From: a virus
Taxonomy: Duplodnaviria; Caudoviricetes
IMG/VR virus record: IMGVR_UViG_3300046466_000192
Location: 1-55,164 of that record
Length of the DNA stretch: 55,164 nt
Reading direction: 5' to 3' (one strand)
Shown here: positions 47,893 through 54,949 of the stretch, in pieces
Position numbering within the stretch: the stretch's first letter is position 1
How the letters are laid out: every line of letters begins with the position of its first letter
Program-made: the position numbers and the translations under genes
Notes under the pieces: generated by a model
Database searches by the model: none
What the model saw: the letters and a program-made list of their open reading frames with translations, nothing else
What the model was told of the DNA's origin: nothing

Positions 47893-47902
47893 ATAATCAC
47901 AT
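47893..47902 (-). promoter_or_regulatory. Putative middle promoter element ATGTGATTAT
   Basis: Intergenic between sigma gene and erf; matches the + strand late motifs. Confidence 0.4.
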
Positions 47903-47939
47903 ATAAACGTTAATAATTAAATTTAAATTTTCACTTAAC

Positions 47940-48698
47940 TTACAGATAATCAAGCACTTGCGAGTGGTCTACACTTTCTATTAATTTATCTACAGCTTGC
48001 TTTTTTATCTGTGAAACTCTAACGTAAGAACTACTACCTTTTATACCTAGTTTAGAAGCTATGTCTTTAGCAGAATGTTTATCGCAGTCTAAACCATAAC
48101 TTAATCTTAGTATATTGTATTCAAGCTCTGACAAATGTTTTTTCAACAATCCGGTTAAATATACGTTTAATATTTCTTGATTGTATGGCTCCGATTTATC
48201 AGGTATATCATACATAGAATTTTCATCCATTAAAGGTTTATCATCTATGCTTAAAAATATGCTATTAAAAAACATAGCAACCATCTTTTCGTCTTTACCA
48301 AAGTTCTTACGTATCTCGTTAAGTTTGTGTTCTGGTATTCGTATGTCACCTCTGTTCATATCAATGGATCTTCTTATTGCTCCTTTAATACGTTTACTAA
48401 AAAAAGATTTTAATGTTTTTTCATAATCCTCTGATTTTTCTAAAGTAGGCCAGTCAAGTCTGTCAACTGCTTTAGTTAACCCACTACTACCTGATTGTAT
48501 TAAATCCATTATTGTCTGCACACCTGAAGCCTGTTGGCTTGTTGAAAATTTTCTAGCTAAAGACTCTACTAAAGGCATAAACTTAGTTATTAATTGGTCT
48601 CTATTACAATCCTTCCAGGATAAATGTTCTATTCTAGCTAAAGCTTGTTTTAAGTCTTGCTTATACCTTATATAATTCTGTATGTTATATTTCTTCAT
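47940..48698 (-). CDS. Phage sigma70-family RNA polymerase sigma factor
   Basis: Region 2 LVESLARKF..DLIQSGSSGLTKAVDR..RIKGAI, IRIP; region 4 ILRLSYGL...DIA..LG..RVSQI. Confidence 0.88.
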   Translation of the reverse strand: MKKYNIQNYIRYKQDLKQALARIEHLSWKDCNRDQLITKFMPLVESLARKFSTSQQASGVQTIMDLIQSGSSGLTKAVDRLDWPTLEKSEDYEKTLKSFFSKRIKGAIRRSIDMNRGDIRIPEHKLNEIRKNFGKDEKMVAMFFNSIFLSIDDKPLMDENSMYDIPDKSEPYNQEILNVYLTGLLKKHLSELEYNILRLSYGLDCDKHSAKDIASKLGIKGSSSYVRVSQIKKQAVDKLIESVDHSQVLDYL

Positions 48699-49308
48699 TT
48701 AATATTGCTTTTTCTTTTCTCAGGCAATCATTTAGATTACGCTGTATTGTTCTAGTAGAACAGTTTAATAAACCAGCTATTCTACTCCATGTTATTGTTT
48801 TACCCATATCGTTTAAATCTAACATGCATTGATAAATTGATTCACCATCTACACGACTAGATCTACCGATAAGCTTGCCAACGATACTCATCTTCTCGCT
48901 GGGTGTTAAACCGCTATAGTCTTTAAATATTATCTTGCGTTTTTTATTAACAGGTGGTTCGCCACCAGTTTTAAAAACATCTTCAATCATTTCATTTAAC
49001 TTTTTATCACTAATAAAAAATGTAACAAATCCATTTTCTTTATTAGCTATAAATCTAAATACGTTTGGTAAATTATTAATAGGCAAACCATCATGATTGT
49101 TTAGATAATATAAAACATAAAAATGCCACTTCAAAGATTTATATGTTGTAATCTTTGCTTTACTACGAAACAAGTGATAACATTCGTACGTACCATTTTC
49201 ATAGTAACTATACAATGCGGTATCAATCGTAGGTTTATCATTAACAGGATTACACCTGTAATTTACTCTACGATCATTTAACCATTTCATGTTTCTTTCA
49301 TATGACAT
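48685..49308 (-). CDS. DNA-binding protein with C-terminal HTH
   Basis: ITWSRIAGLLNCSTRTIQRNL helix-turn-helix. Confidence 0.65.
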   Translation of the reverse strand: MSYERNMKWLNDRRVNYRCNPVNDKPTIDTALYSYYENGTYECYHLFRSKAKITTYKSLKWHFYVLYYLNNHDGLPINNLPNVFRFIANKENGFVTFFISDKKLNEMIEDVFKTGGEPPVNKKRKIIFKDYSGLTPSEKMSIVGKLIGRSSRVDGESIYQCMLDLNDMGKTITWSRIAGLLNCSTRTIQRNLNDCLRKEKAILNEEI

Positions 49309-49345
49309 TAGCCCCTTACTTTATTATCTTTACGGGCTTTTGTCA
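49303..49345. promoter_or_regulatory. Inverted repeat TGACAnnAGCCC-n19-GGGCTnnTGTCA over the HTH gene start
   Basis: Arms 49303-49314 and 49334-49345; related half-site TATGACAATAGC at 7353-7364. Confidence 0.5.
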
Positions 49346-49433
49346 GCCTCGGTTTAACAAAATTCTTAATTTTGGTACGAATACCAAATGCGTCTGTTTG
49401 CATTAAATGTTTGTATAATTTATTTCTACTCAT
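49308..49433 (-). CDS. Small basic hypothetical protein (41 aa, not in ORF track)
   Basis: MSRNKLYKHLMQTDAFGIRTK...VRG; TAATG-coupled to the HTH gene. Confidence 0.5.
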   Translation of the reverse strand: MSRNKLYKHLMQTDAFGIRTKIKNFVKPRLTKARKDNKVRG

Positions 49434-49761
49434 TTATAATTGTTATTTTTACGTTATTCCATCTACCGCCTTTTACATCTTTGTTCACAAGAAAGTCAAT
49501 GCGGTTTGTCCATCGTTTATTCATACGATCTTCAACAGTCCATATTCCATCTAACTGTCCTGCTCCTTGAACACAAACTTTAGCGCCAAACACAAATCCG
49601 TGTTGCTCTAAATCTCTAGATACGGCTATCCACCGGTGACCTTGAGGATCAGCTTCATTTATAGTTTTAAGCGAAGCTGTAGTTAAATAGTCTGCATTGC
49701 ATTGAGCAGGATCAGCATGGTATATTGTTGCTGTTACTAGTATTGATATTAAAAAATTCAT
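49426..49761 (-). CDS. 3D-domain (MltA-like) cell-wall enzyme-like protein
   Basis: Hydrophobic N-terminus, ATIYH..QC..TA...WIAVSRD..FG.KV...VEDRM...RIDF. Confidence 0.65.
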   Translation of the reverse strand: MNFLISILVTATIYHADPAQCNADYLTTASLKTINEADPQGHRWIAVSRDLEQHGFVFGAKVCVQGAGQLDGIWTVEDRMNKRWTNRIDFLVNKDVKGGRWNNVKITIINE

Positions 49762-50242
49762 CTGGTCTTGTTATTAATTGTTCTGTTTTACCTGCGATTA
49801 AGTATTTTTCTTGTTCATAATAATTCCAGTAAGCAGTAATGCTGCAACCTTCTACTTTATATTCATCAGGCATACACTGTGGTGGTTCATTAAAATCACC
49901 GTCAGGCATACCAAACGGACAAAGGTCTAATGGTTCTTTACATTTAGTAATAGTAAGATGCTCTTTGCCGTATCGTTTAGTATACTCTTTACCAAGCGCT
50001 ATCATATGATTATATAACCAATAATATTGCTTGACATTTTGTCTACACCATATAGTTGACGGATGATTATAGTGTGCCTTTTTGTAAGGTACATAATCAG
50101 GTTTATAATCTAACAACTCAGCGTAATGATGATGAGCTGTACAAAGCATCTGGGCTGATTCTAAGATCATTTTAACCACATGCTTATTATATTGTATCTG
50201 CGCAGCTTTAACTGGGTCAGAATGTAAATAAAATATATTCAT
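49712..50242 (-). CDS. Pyrimidine-dimer DNA glycosylase-like (endonuclease V family)
   Basis: MNIFYL..KHVVKMILESAQML...HYNHPSTIW...EY..RYGK.H. Confidence 0.75.
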   Translation of the reverse strand: MNIFYLHSDPVKAAQIQYNKHVVKMILESAQMLCTAHHHYAELLDYKPDYVPYKKAHYNHPSTIWCRQNVKQYYWLYNHMIALGKEYTKRYGKEHLTITKCKEPLDLCPFGMPDGDFNEPPQCMPDEYKVEGCSITAYWNYYEQEKYLIAGKTEQLITRPDEFFNINTSNSNNIPC

Positions 50243-50349
50243 CTGTATCTTTTATTACTTAATCTATTATAGTGTGCGTCTAATAATATATGAGCAACTT
50301 CTTCGCTGATCATATTATCATTATATAATTTCCATATTACTTTACTCAT
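50239..50349 (-). CDS. Small hypothetical protein (36 aa)
   Basis: Probable start MSKVIW overlapping the ligase stop; ATGA coupling downstream. Confidence 0.5.
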   Translation of the reverse strand: MSKVIWKLYNDNMISEEVAHILLDAHYNRLSNKRYR

Positions 50350-51181
50350 AGTTTCTAATACATTTAAATAGCGGGTGTCTGTAAGAACCTGCTTGTGTTC
50401 GTTGAAAATAAGTAAAGGTAGCACGCTGACCTATGTAGTCATGAACGTTATTGAGCATAGCCGCTAAATCCTTGTAGGAATAACCTTTGCCTGGTGGACA
50501 ACCAAACTGTATACCTTCGTCATCTAGCATAATGAACTTACCGAGCGTGCCTTGTCGCTTACCTTTACCTGCTTCATAACCAATGATAGTTGCTTCAGTA
50601 TCGCTGAAGTCTTTGAACTTCATAAGATCGTAAGACCTACCGTGTTTGTATAGACCATCTAGCCTGATAATAGAGCCTTCGTAACCTTGATCAAGAAAAT
50701 CAGCGTGTATATCTCTAGCATAATTATAACTGTCAACAAGTTTTGCAGGTACATACATAACCGTGTGATCAGGAGTATATATACCTGACGTTACAAGTTG
50801 TTGCATACGAGTTTTGTAGCTGTCATACTTGACACCATCAAAGTAATCGTATACGTGAAATTGCACAAGATGTTGAGCATCTAGTCTATCATCTGCGGTA
50901 GGCTTTTGCTTACGAACTAATGATATAATTTTTTCGAAGTCATTTTTAAGCTTGTGATTGTATAACTCGCCATCGAGTATAACATCTGGGTTTTGCTTAA
51001 AAAATGGTATAAGTGCTAACTCGATATGAGCTAGGTTTTTAAAATGTTTGCCTGTACGAGAGTACGCGCCATCTTTAGTAAAGAGGCAACGAACACCGTC
51101 AAGCTTAGCTTGTATATACACAGGTTGAGACCAGTCAACTCTTGACTCGTCAAACTTGTGTGCTAGCATTGGTTTTTGCAT
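50342..51181 (-). CDS. ATP-dependent DNA ligase
   Basis: PMLA, KLDGVR, LDGELY, EGSIIR, MKFK motifs plus OB domain. Confidence 0.92.
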   Translation of the reverse strand: MQKPMLAHKFDESRVDWSQPVYIQAKLDGVRCLFTKDGAYSRTGKHFKNLAHIELALIPFFKQNPDVILDGELYNHKLKNDFEKIISLVRKQKPTADDRLDAQHLVQFHVYDYFDGVKYDSYKTRMQQLVTSGIYTPDHTVMYVPAKLVDSYNYARDIHADFLDQGYEGSIIRLDGLYKHGRSYDLMKFKDFSDTEATIIGYEAGKGKRQGTLGKFIMLDDEGIQFGCPPGKGYSYKDLAAMLNNVHDYIGQRATFTYFQRTQAGSYRHPLFKCIRNYE

Positions 51182-51182
51182 A

Positions 51183-51425
51183 TTATTTAAATTTTTTAAG
51201 TTTATTTTCTATTATTTTTATTTTATCTTGCAATTCTTTGCATTTTTCATAATTTTCTTTTTGAAGATTATAGTCTAGTGCAGTCATAGTTTGAGCTAAT
51301 TCTGTTAATAGATCTTGTTCTTCATCTTCGCTAAAAGTGTTTGTTACAATAGCCCCATCAAGTATACCGTCTAATACTAGTTCTGCTACTCTTTGAGCTA
51401 TTTTTTCAATTTCGTCGTTTGTCAT
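51183..51425 (-). CDS. Small protein with C-terminal UVR (UvrB/C) motif
   Basis: ENYEKCKELQDKI; probable start MTNDE, since the TTG at 51440 lies inside the promoter motif. Confidence 0.6.
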   Translation of the reverse strand: MTNDEIEKIAQRVAELVLDGILDGAIVTNTFSEDEEQDLLTELAQTMTALDYNLQKENYEKCKELQDKIKIIENKLKKFK

Positions 51426-51430
51426 ATTGT

Positions 51431-51462
51431 TATTATCCAAATGTATTCGTATTTAGTTTGTA
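51431..51462 (-). promoter_or_regulatory. Early promoter repeat copy 1
   Basis: TACAAACTAAATACGAATACATTTGGATAATA. Confidence 0.75.
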
Positions 51463-51909
51463 TTAATATCTAGTTTCACCATTTGCAAAATCAGTATACT
51501 CCATAGGATCTTTTTCGTCCATATACCTAGATATAATCTTTTCAGGTTTTAATACAAATACTGGTTCGCTTCTGTATTGATCGTAGCAGCTTACGTATAT
51601 GTCTTTTTTACCTGTCCATATAATATAAGTATATTGGTGATCTATTCTATTTGGTGATTGATATAAGTAGCAACTGTCATAGTACATATCGTGTACAAGT
51701 TTAGCGGCTAAGGCGCTACCGTCTTGTCTACCGTTAGCATGAAGCCAGTTTGCTATTTCTACACCTTGCCACTCAGGATAACCATCGTGATGTAAATACA
51801 TGTTTACATAGCTTTTGTCAGCAAAGAAATCAGGAGGTGCTGCAAAGCCCAACTCGTGATGTTCTGCGTGTTCTCGGTCTACGACCATTGTTAAGTTTCT
51901 TGTGCTCAT
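51463..51909 (-). CDS. Conserved phage hypothetical protein (YxHxDGYP motif)
   Basis: MSTR...YLHHDGYP...YTYII. Confidence 0.7.
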   Translation of the reverse strand: MSTRNLTMVVDREHAEHHELGFAAPPDFFADKSYVNMYLHHDGYPEWQGVEIANWLHANGRQDGSALAAKLVHDMYYDSCYLYQSPNRIDHQYTYIIWTGKKDIYVSCYDQYRSEPVFVLKPEKIISRYMDEKDPMEYTDFANGETRY

Positions 51910-51924
51910 AATTTATAATTTTTG

Positions 51925-51998
51925 GTGCGCAGGGTGGATTCGAACCACCGACCTCTAGCTTATGAGGCTAGCGAGCTGGCCAACTGCTCTACCGCGCA
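51925..51998 (-). tRNA. tRNA with CAT anticodon (Met/fMet or Ile2)
   Basis: Cloverleaf: TGCGCGG/CTGCGCA acceptor, GAGC/GCTC D-stem, CTAGC-CTCATAA-GCTAG anticodon arm, GGTGG-TTCGAAT-CCACC T arm. Confidence 0.9.
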
Positions 51999-52010
51999 AT
52001 GTGTATAGCA

Positions 52011-52274
52011 TTAATCAAGTAATACCATGTATGCTTTAGGATTATTAACTCTAAACCACGTTAAAGCTAAATCAAATTCATTAACAGTTTGTTTAGTAGG
52101 CTTTAGTCCCATGCCCCATATGTGGTTACAACCCATAATAAAATCATATATAGATAATTCTTTAGCGTTTAACTCATATGTATCGCCACTAAAAGGATTT
52201 CTTACAGTGTCACCTTTGGTATATACTGTACCGTTGAACCATTTAGGTATTTTTTGTTCTTTAGTTTCCGACAT
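52011..52274 (-). CDS. Hypothetical early protein
   Basis: 87-aa ORF in co-oriented array. Confidence 0.7.
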   Translation of the reverse strand: MSETKEQKIPKWFNGTVYTKGDTVRNPFSGDTYELNAKELSIYDFIMGCNHIWGMGLKPTKQTVNEFDLALTWFRVNNPKAYMVLLD

Positions 52275-52422
52275 TTTTTCCTAGTATTAATGGTGATTCG
52301 TCTTTGTTTGATGTTATAAAGTAACAAGCTTCACCTTCGTTTATATTTATTTCTTTGTTTTTAAATCTTTTTGGATAGTTATCCAATACATATTGTTTAA
52401 TCTTTTGATTTTTCGTACTCAT
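52261..52422 (-). CDS. Small hypothetical protein (53 aa, not in ORF track)
   Basis: MSTKNQKIKQYVLDNYPKRF...GKNVGN bridges the gap between neighbours. Confidence 0.5.
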   Translation of the reverse strand: MSTKNQKIKQYVLDNYPKRFKNKEININEGEACYFITSNKDESPLILGKNVGN

Positions 52423-52846
52423 ATCCTTCTTCTATTAATTCGTTTTCAACTTCTTGTTTTATATCACCTACGTACTCGTCATATACTGCCATAATAGCCT
52501 CTTCTACATAATAAGAATCTAGATCATCTACATATATCTGTTCATTGTAATCAGTCATAGCTTCAGCTAGTTTATCTGCTAAATCATTTTCATAGTAATG
52601 TACGTCTTCACATATACACACGTTTCTGCCATCACCATTTGTAGCAACCCATACTTCATAGCCATCTGCTGTAGTTTCTGTGTATATACTATAATCTGGT
52701 GTACCATTCCAATCATCTACTAGTTTAAACTCAAAGTGATCTTGTATTACTTTAAGTGCTTCGTCTTGTTCAATATCAAAGTTAACGCCTTTAGCTTCTA
52801 ATCTTTTATCTATTAAGTCTTCTGTTATTATTTTTTTAATTGCCAT
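52397..52846 (-). CDS. Highly acidic early protein (possible DNA mimic)
   Basis: About 41 D/E versus 12 K/R in 149 aa (manual count). Confidence 0.65.
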   Translation of the reverse strand: MAIKKIITEDLIDKRLEAKGVNFDIEQDEALKVIQDHFEFKLVDDWNGTPDYSIYTETTADGYEVWVATNGDGRNVCICEDVHYYENDLADKLAEAMTDYNEQIYVDDLDSYYVEEAIMAVYDEYVGDIKQEVENELIEEGYEYEKSKD

Positions 52847-53198
52847 ATTCTATTTTATTATTATTAGTTACCATCCATTCACAGTCATTTACGCTGTGAC
52901 CTGCTCCATATAAAAACGCTTCACAAGATTCTGTGTCTGGATTCCATTTGTTATCTTCGTTACATAACGAGCTAATGTCATATCTGTATACTTTACCATC
53001 TACAAAATCTAGTAAAAATATATATTTAGCCGACTCATCTGCTGTTATTATTTCTTTAGGTTCAGCACCTTTATGAGGTATATAATATTCACCACCTTGA
53101 TCGCTGAGTTTCATAGCTTTTGCTATTGCTTCATCTGCTTTTAATGAAGCTAGTTTTTCTTCTTGCATTTCATGCCATGCTTTTACTGAATCACTCAT
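52836..53198 (-). CDS. Hypothetical early protein
   Basis: 120-aa ORF overlapping its neighbours. Confidence 0.65.
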   Translation of the reverse strand: MSDSVKAWHEMQEEKLASLKADEAIAKAMKLSDQGGEYYIPHKGAEPKEIITADESAKYIFLLDFVDGKVYRYDISSLCNEDNKWNPDTESCEAFLYGAGHSVNDCEWMVTNNNKIEYGN

Positions 53199-53439
53199 AG
53201 TCTTTAGATATTAAAATGTTATCACCATATTTAAAATCCCAAGCAGTAACTCTAATAAGTTCTATATCTGAAAATGTATATAATGAGCTAATGTCACTGA
53301 TTTTTAAGTTAGAATAAAAATATTCATTACTTAATAACTCAATAATACTTGTTACACTGCTTTCGTAGTTAACTGTGTTTGCTAACAAAGCCTCTTTAAC
53401 CTCAGGCTTTAGTCTTTCGTAAATTGATAGTCTTTTCAT
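53191..53439 (-). CDS. Hypothetical early protein
   Basis: 82-aa ORF directly downstream of promoter copy 2. Confidence 0.65.
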   Translation of the reverse strand: MKRLSIYERLKPEVKEALLANTVNYESSVTSIIELLSNEYFYSNLKISDISSLYTFSDIELIRVTAWDFKYGDNILISKDYE

Positions 53440-53455
53440 GTTTATTATTTAATTA

Positions 53456-53487
53456 TATTATCCAATTGTATTCGTATTTAGTTTGTA
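53456..53487 (-). promoter_or_regulatory. Early promoter repeat copy 2
   Basis: TACAAACTAAATACGAATACAATTGGATAATA (31/32 identical to copy 1). Confidence 0.75.
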
Positions 53488-53491
53488 ATAG

Positions 53492-53570
53492 TGGACGTGG
53501 CAGGAATCGAACCTGCGTTACCGGGTTTAGGTGACATTTCTCCCGCTTCCGGTCTAACCATTTCACGCCC
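53492..53570 (-). ncRNA. tmRNA tRNA-like-domain-only RNA (alanine identity)
   Basis: GGGCGTG/CACGTCC acceptor with G3:U70 and A73; stemless D-loop AAATGGTTAGAC; CCGG/CCGG helix; GCAGG-TTCGATT-CCTGC T arm; no anticodon arm and no tag ORF. Confidence 0.65.
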
Positions 53571-53573
53571 ATA

Positions 53574-53777
53574 AAGCAGTAATAAGATGCACGTCATTTA
53601 CCGGTGTGTACCCTGACTTATACTTACTACTGCTTATGCTAGCAATTCACTTATGTGTTAAAGTTACAAGGTGTCTGTTCTCGCCTACTTTAACCTAATT
53701 AAGCTACTCGTCTAGTTATTTTAAGTAAACCAAACCGGCCTCAATTGTAACACTTGCCGGAAGTATTAAAGTTACTT
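53574..53777 (-). ncRNA. Cluster of three stem-loops (candidate small RNAs)
   Basis: Stems 53574-53586/53623-53635, 53657-53664/53687-53694 and 53735-53739/53756-53760 in a 200-nt non-coding gap. Confidence 0.35.
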
Positions 53778-53787
53778 GAGTGTAGGT

Positions 53788-53976
53788 TTACTTACGCCGC
53801 CAAGCTCTGTGCACAGATGCGCTAACTTCTTGGCTGACAATTTGTATTGTATTGCCCGTTTTGTGCTCAATGATAGGGACATACGAGTATGTTTTAGTTG
53901 TTGAACACTTCACACAAGTTTTATATCCCAGTTCTAAACGGACAGGGTGTACGGTTTTACCACATCTACAATACAT
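53788..53976 (-). CDS. DksA/TraR-type C4 zinc-finger-like protein
   Basis: CRCG...RLELG..TCVKC. Confidence 0.6.
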   Translation of the reverse strand: MYCRCGKTVHPVRLELGYKTCVKCSTTKTYSYVPIIEHKTGNTIQIVSQEVSASVHRAWRRK

Positions 53977-54003
53977 AGTTATTTATTTTATTTGTTACGT
54001 ATA

Positions 54004-54035
54004 TATTATCCAATAGTGTTCGTATTACTTTTGTA
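54004..54035 (-). promoter_or_regulatory. Early promoter repeat copy 3
   Basis: TACAAAAGTAATACGAACACTATTGGATAATA. Confidence 0.7.
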
Positions 54036-54201
54036 ATAATTTGTTTAACGCTACATTGATAACATACTCTTTCATTTCTTGATAGTCATCGCCATCAAGT
54101 GGTTGGTCAGCTAGTTGCCAATCAACACTATCATCAATAATTTCCATCATGTGATCTGCTACGCCTTGCGCTATAAGATCTAGTTCTTTCATTTTACTCA
54201 T
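54025..54201 (-). CDS. Small acidic hypothetical protein
   Basis: Probable start MSKMKELD, just after the stop of the upstream 44-aa ORF. Confidence 0.6.
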   Translation of the reverse strand: MSKMKELDLIAQGVADHMMEIIDDSVDWQLADQPLDGDDYQEMKEYVINVALNKLLQK

Positions 54202-54202
54202 A

Positions 54203-54337
54203 TTATTTAAATTTAGCTGCGACTTCACGTATTTCTTCTTTGTCTTCTGAATCTAATCCAGGTGTTTGTGTAGCGTACATACGTAGTACATAGTGTACAA
54301 AAGTACAATCGTTTTCTGTTAGTTTAAGTGTTCTCAT
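54203..54337 (-). CDS. Small hypothetical protein (44 aa, not in ORF track)
   Basis: MRTLKLTENDCTFVHYVLRMYA...AAKFK fits exactly between neighbours. Confidence 0.6.
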   Translation of the reverse strand: MRTLKLTENDCTFVHYVLRMYATQTPGLDSEDKEEIREVAAKFK

Positions 54338-54338
54338 A

Positions 54339-54701
54339 TTATTTTGCATAGTTTTTAAGGTAATATTTTAATATAAAGTTTAGTCTAGCTAGTCTAGAAT
54401 ATATAATAGCTCTCGCCCATGTATCATATTCTTTAGTTTCTAAGCCATTTTCTGTTAGAAATACCCATCTAGTCTTAGTTTTATACTTAGGATTTAGTTG
54501 ATATACTCTATCGCTACTGTCACATCTACGTACCATACCTGATTTGTATGACGCTAGTATTTGACCTGTAGGCATTTTAAATGCTCTTGTATCATTTTTA
54601 GCTTGTCGCTGTGTAGTAATTTCTTGTATGCCATATTTAGTTAGCATATTGAAAACAAAGTCTGCTTCGAGGTATCTTTGTTCTAATTCATATCTAGTCA
54701 T
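54339..54701 (-). CDS. Hypothetical early protein
   Basis: 120 aa, ATGA-coupled. Confidence 0.65.
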   Translation of the reverse strand: MTRYELEQRYLEADFVFNMLTKYGIQEITTQRQAKNDTRAFKMPTGQILASYKSGMVRRCDSSDRVYQLNPKYKTKTRWVFLTENGLETKEYDTWARAIIYSRLARLNFILKYYLKNYAK

Positions 54702-54949
54702 AGTGTTTTTATTAATTTTAATTGTTCTACTGTAAATTTCTTAGTTGTTTCTCGCCACATACGGTTGTGAGTGAACTTACGTGATTTGCTGAACGTAGAT
54801 TTTTGTGAGTGCTTAACTCTATTGTATTCTGCATCAGTAAGTCCACTACATTTACCGCTGTATAAGGTTAGACGCCTATGCTCGTCTGCCTTAATTTTAC
54901 GTTGTGCTTTTGCATAAGCGCACAGTTCTTTCATGTTAGTTACTACCAT
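54698..54949 (-). CDS. Basic hypothetical early protein
   Basis: 83-aa ORF; start could be 54949 or 54934. Confidence 0.6.
   Translation of the reverse strand: MVVTNMKELCAYAKAQRKIKADEHRRLTLYSGKCSGLTDAEYNRVKHSQKSTFSKSRKFTHNRMWRETTKKFTVEQLKLIKTL

Noticed and set aside
52371-52386. Palindrome TTGGATA-GT-TATCCAA resembling the promoter core
   Set aside because: Lies within a coding micro-ORF and lacks the AATACGAA and TACAAA elements; probably chance.
53492-53570. Conventional tRNA or attP remnant
   Set aside because: No D-stem or 7-nt anticodon loop, and no integrase; both acceptor strands pair, unlike a 3' att fragment.
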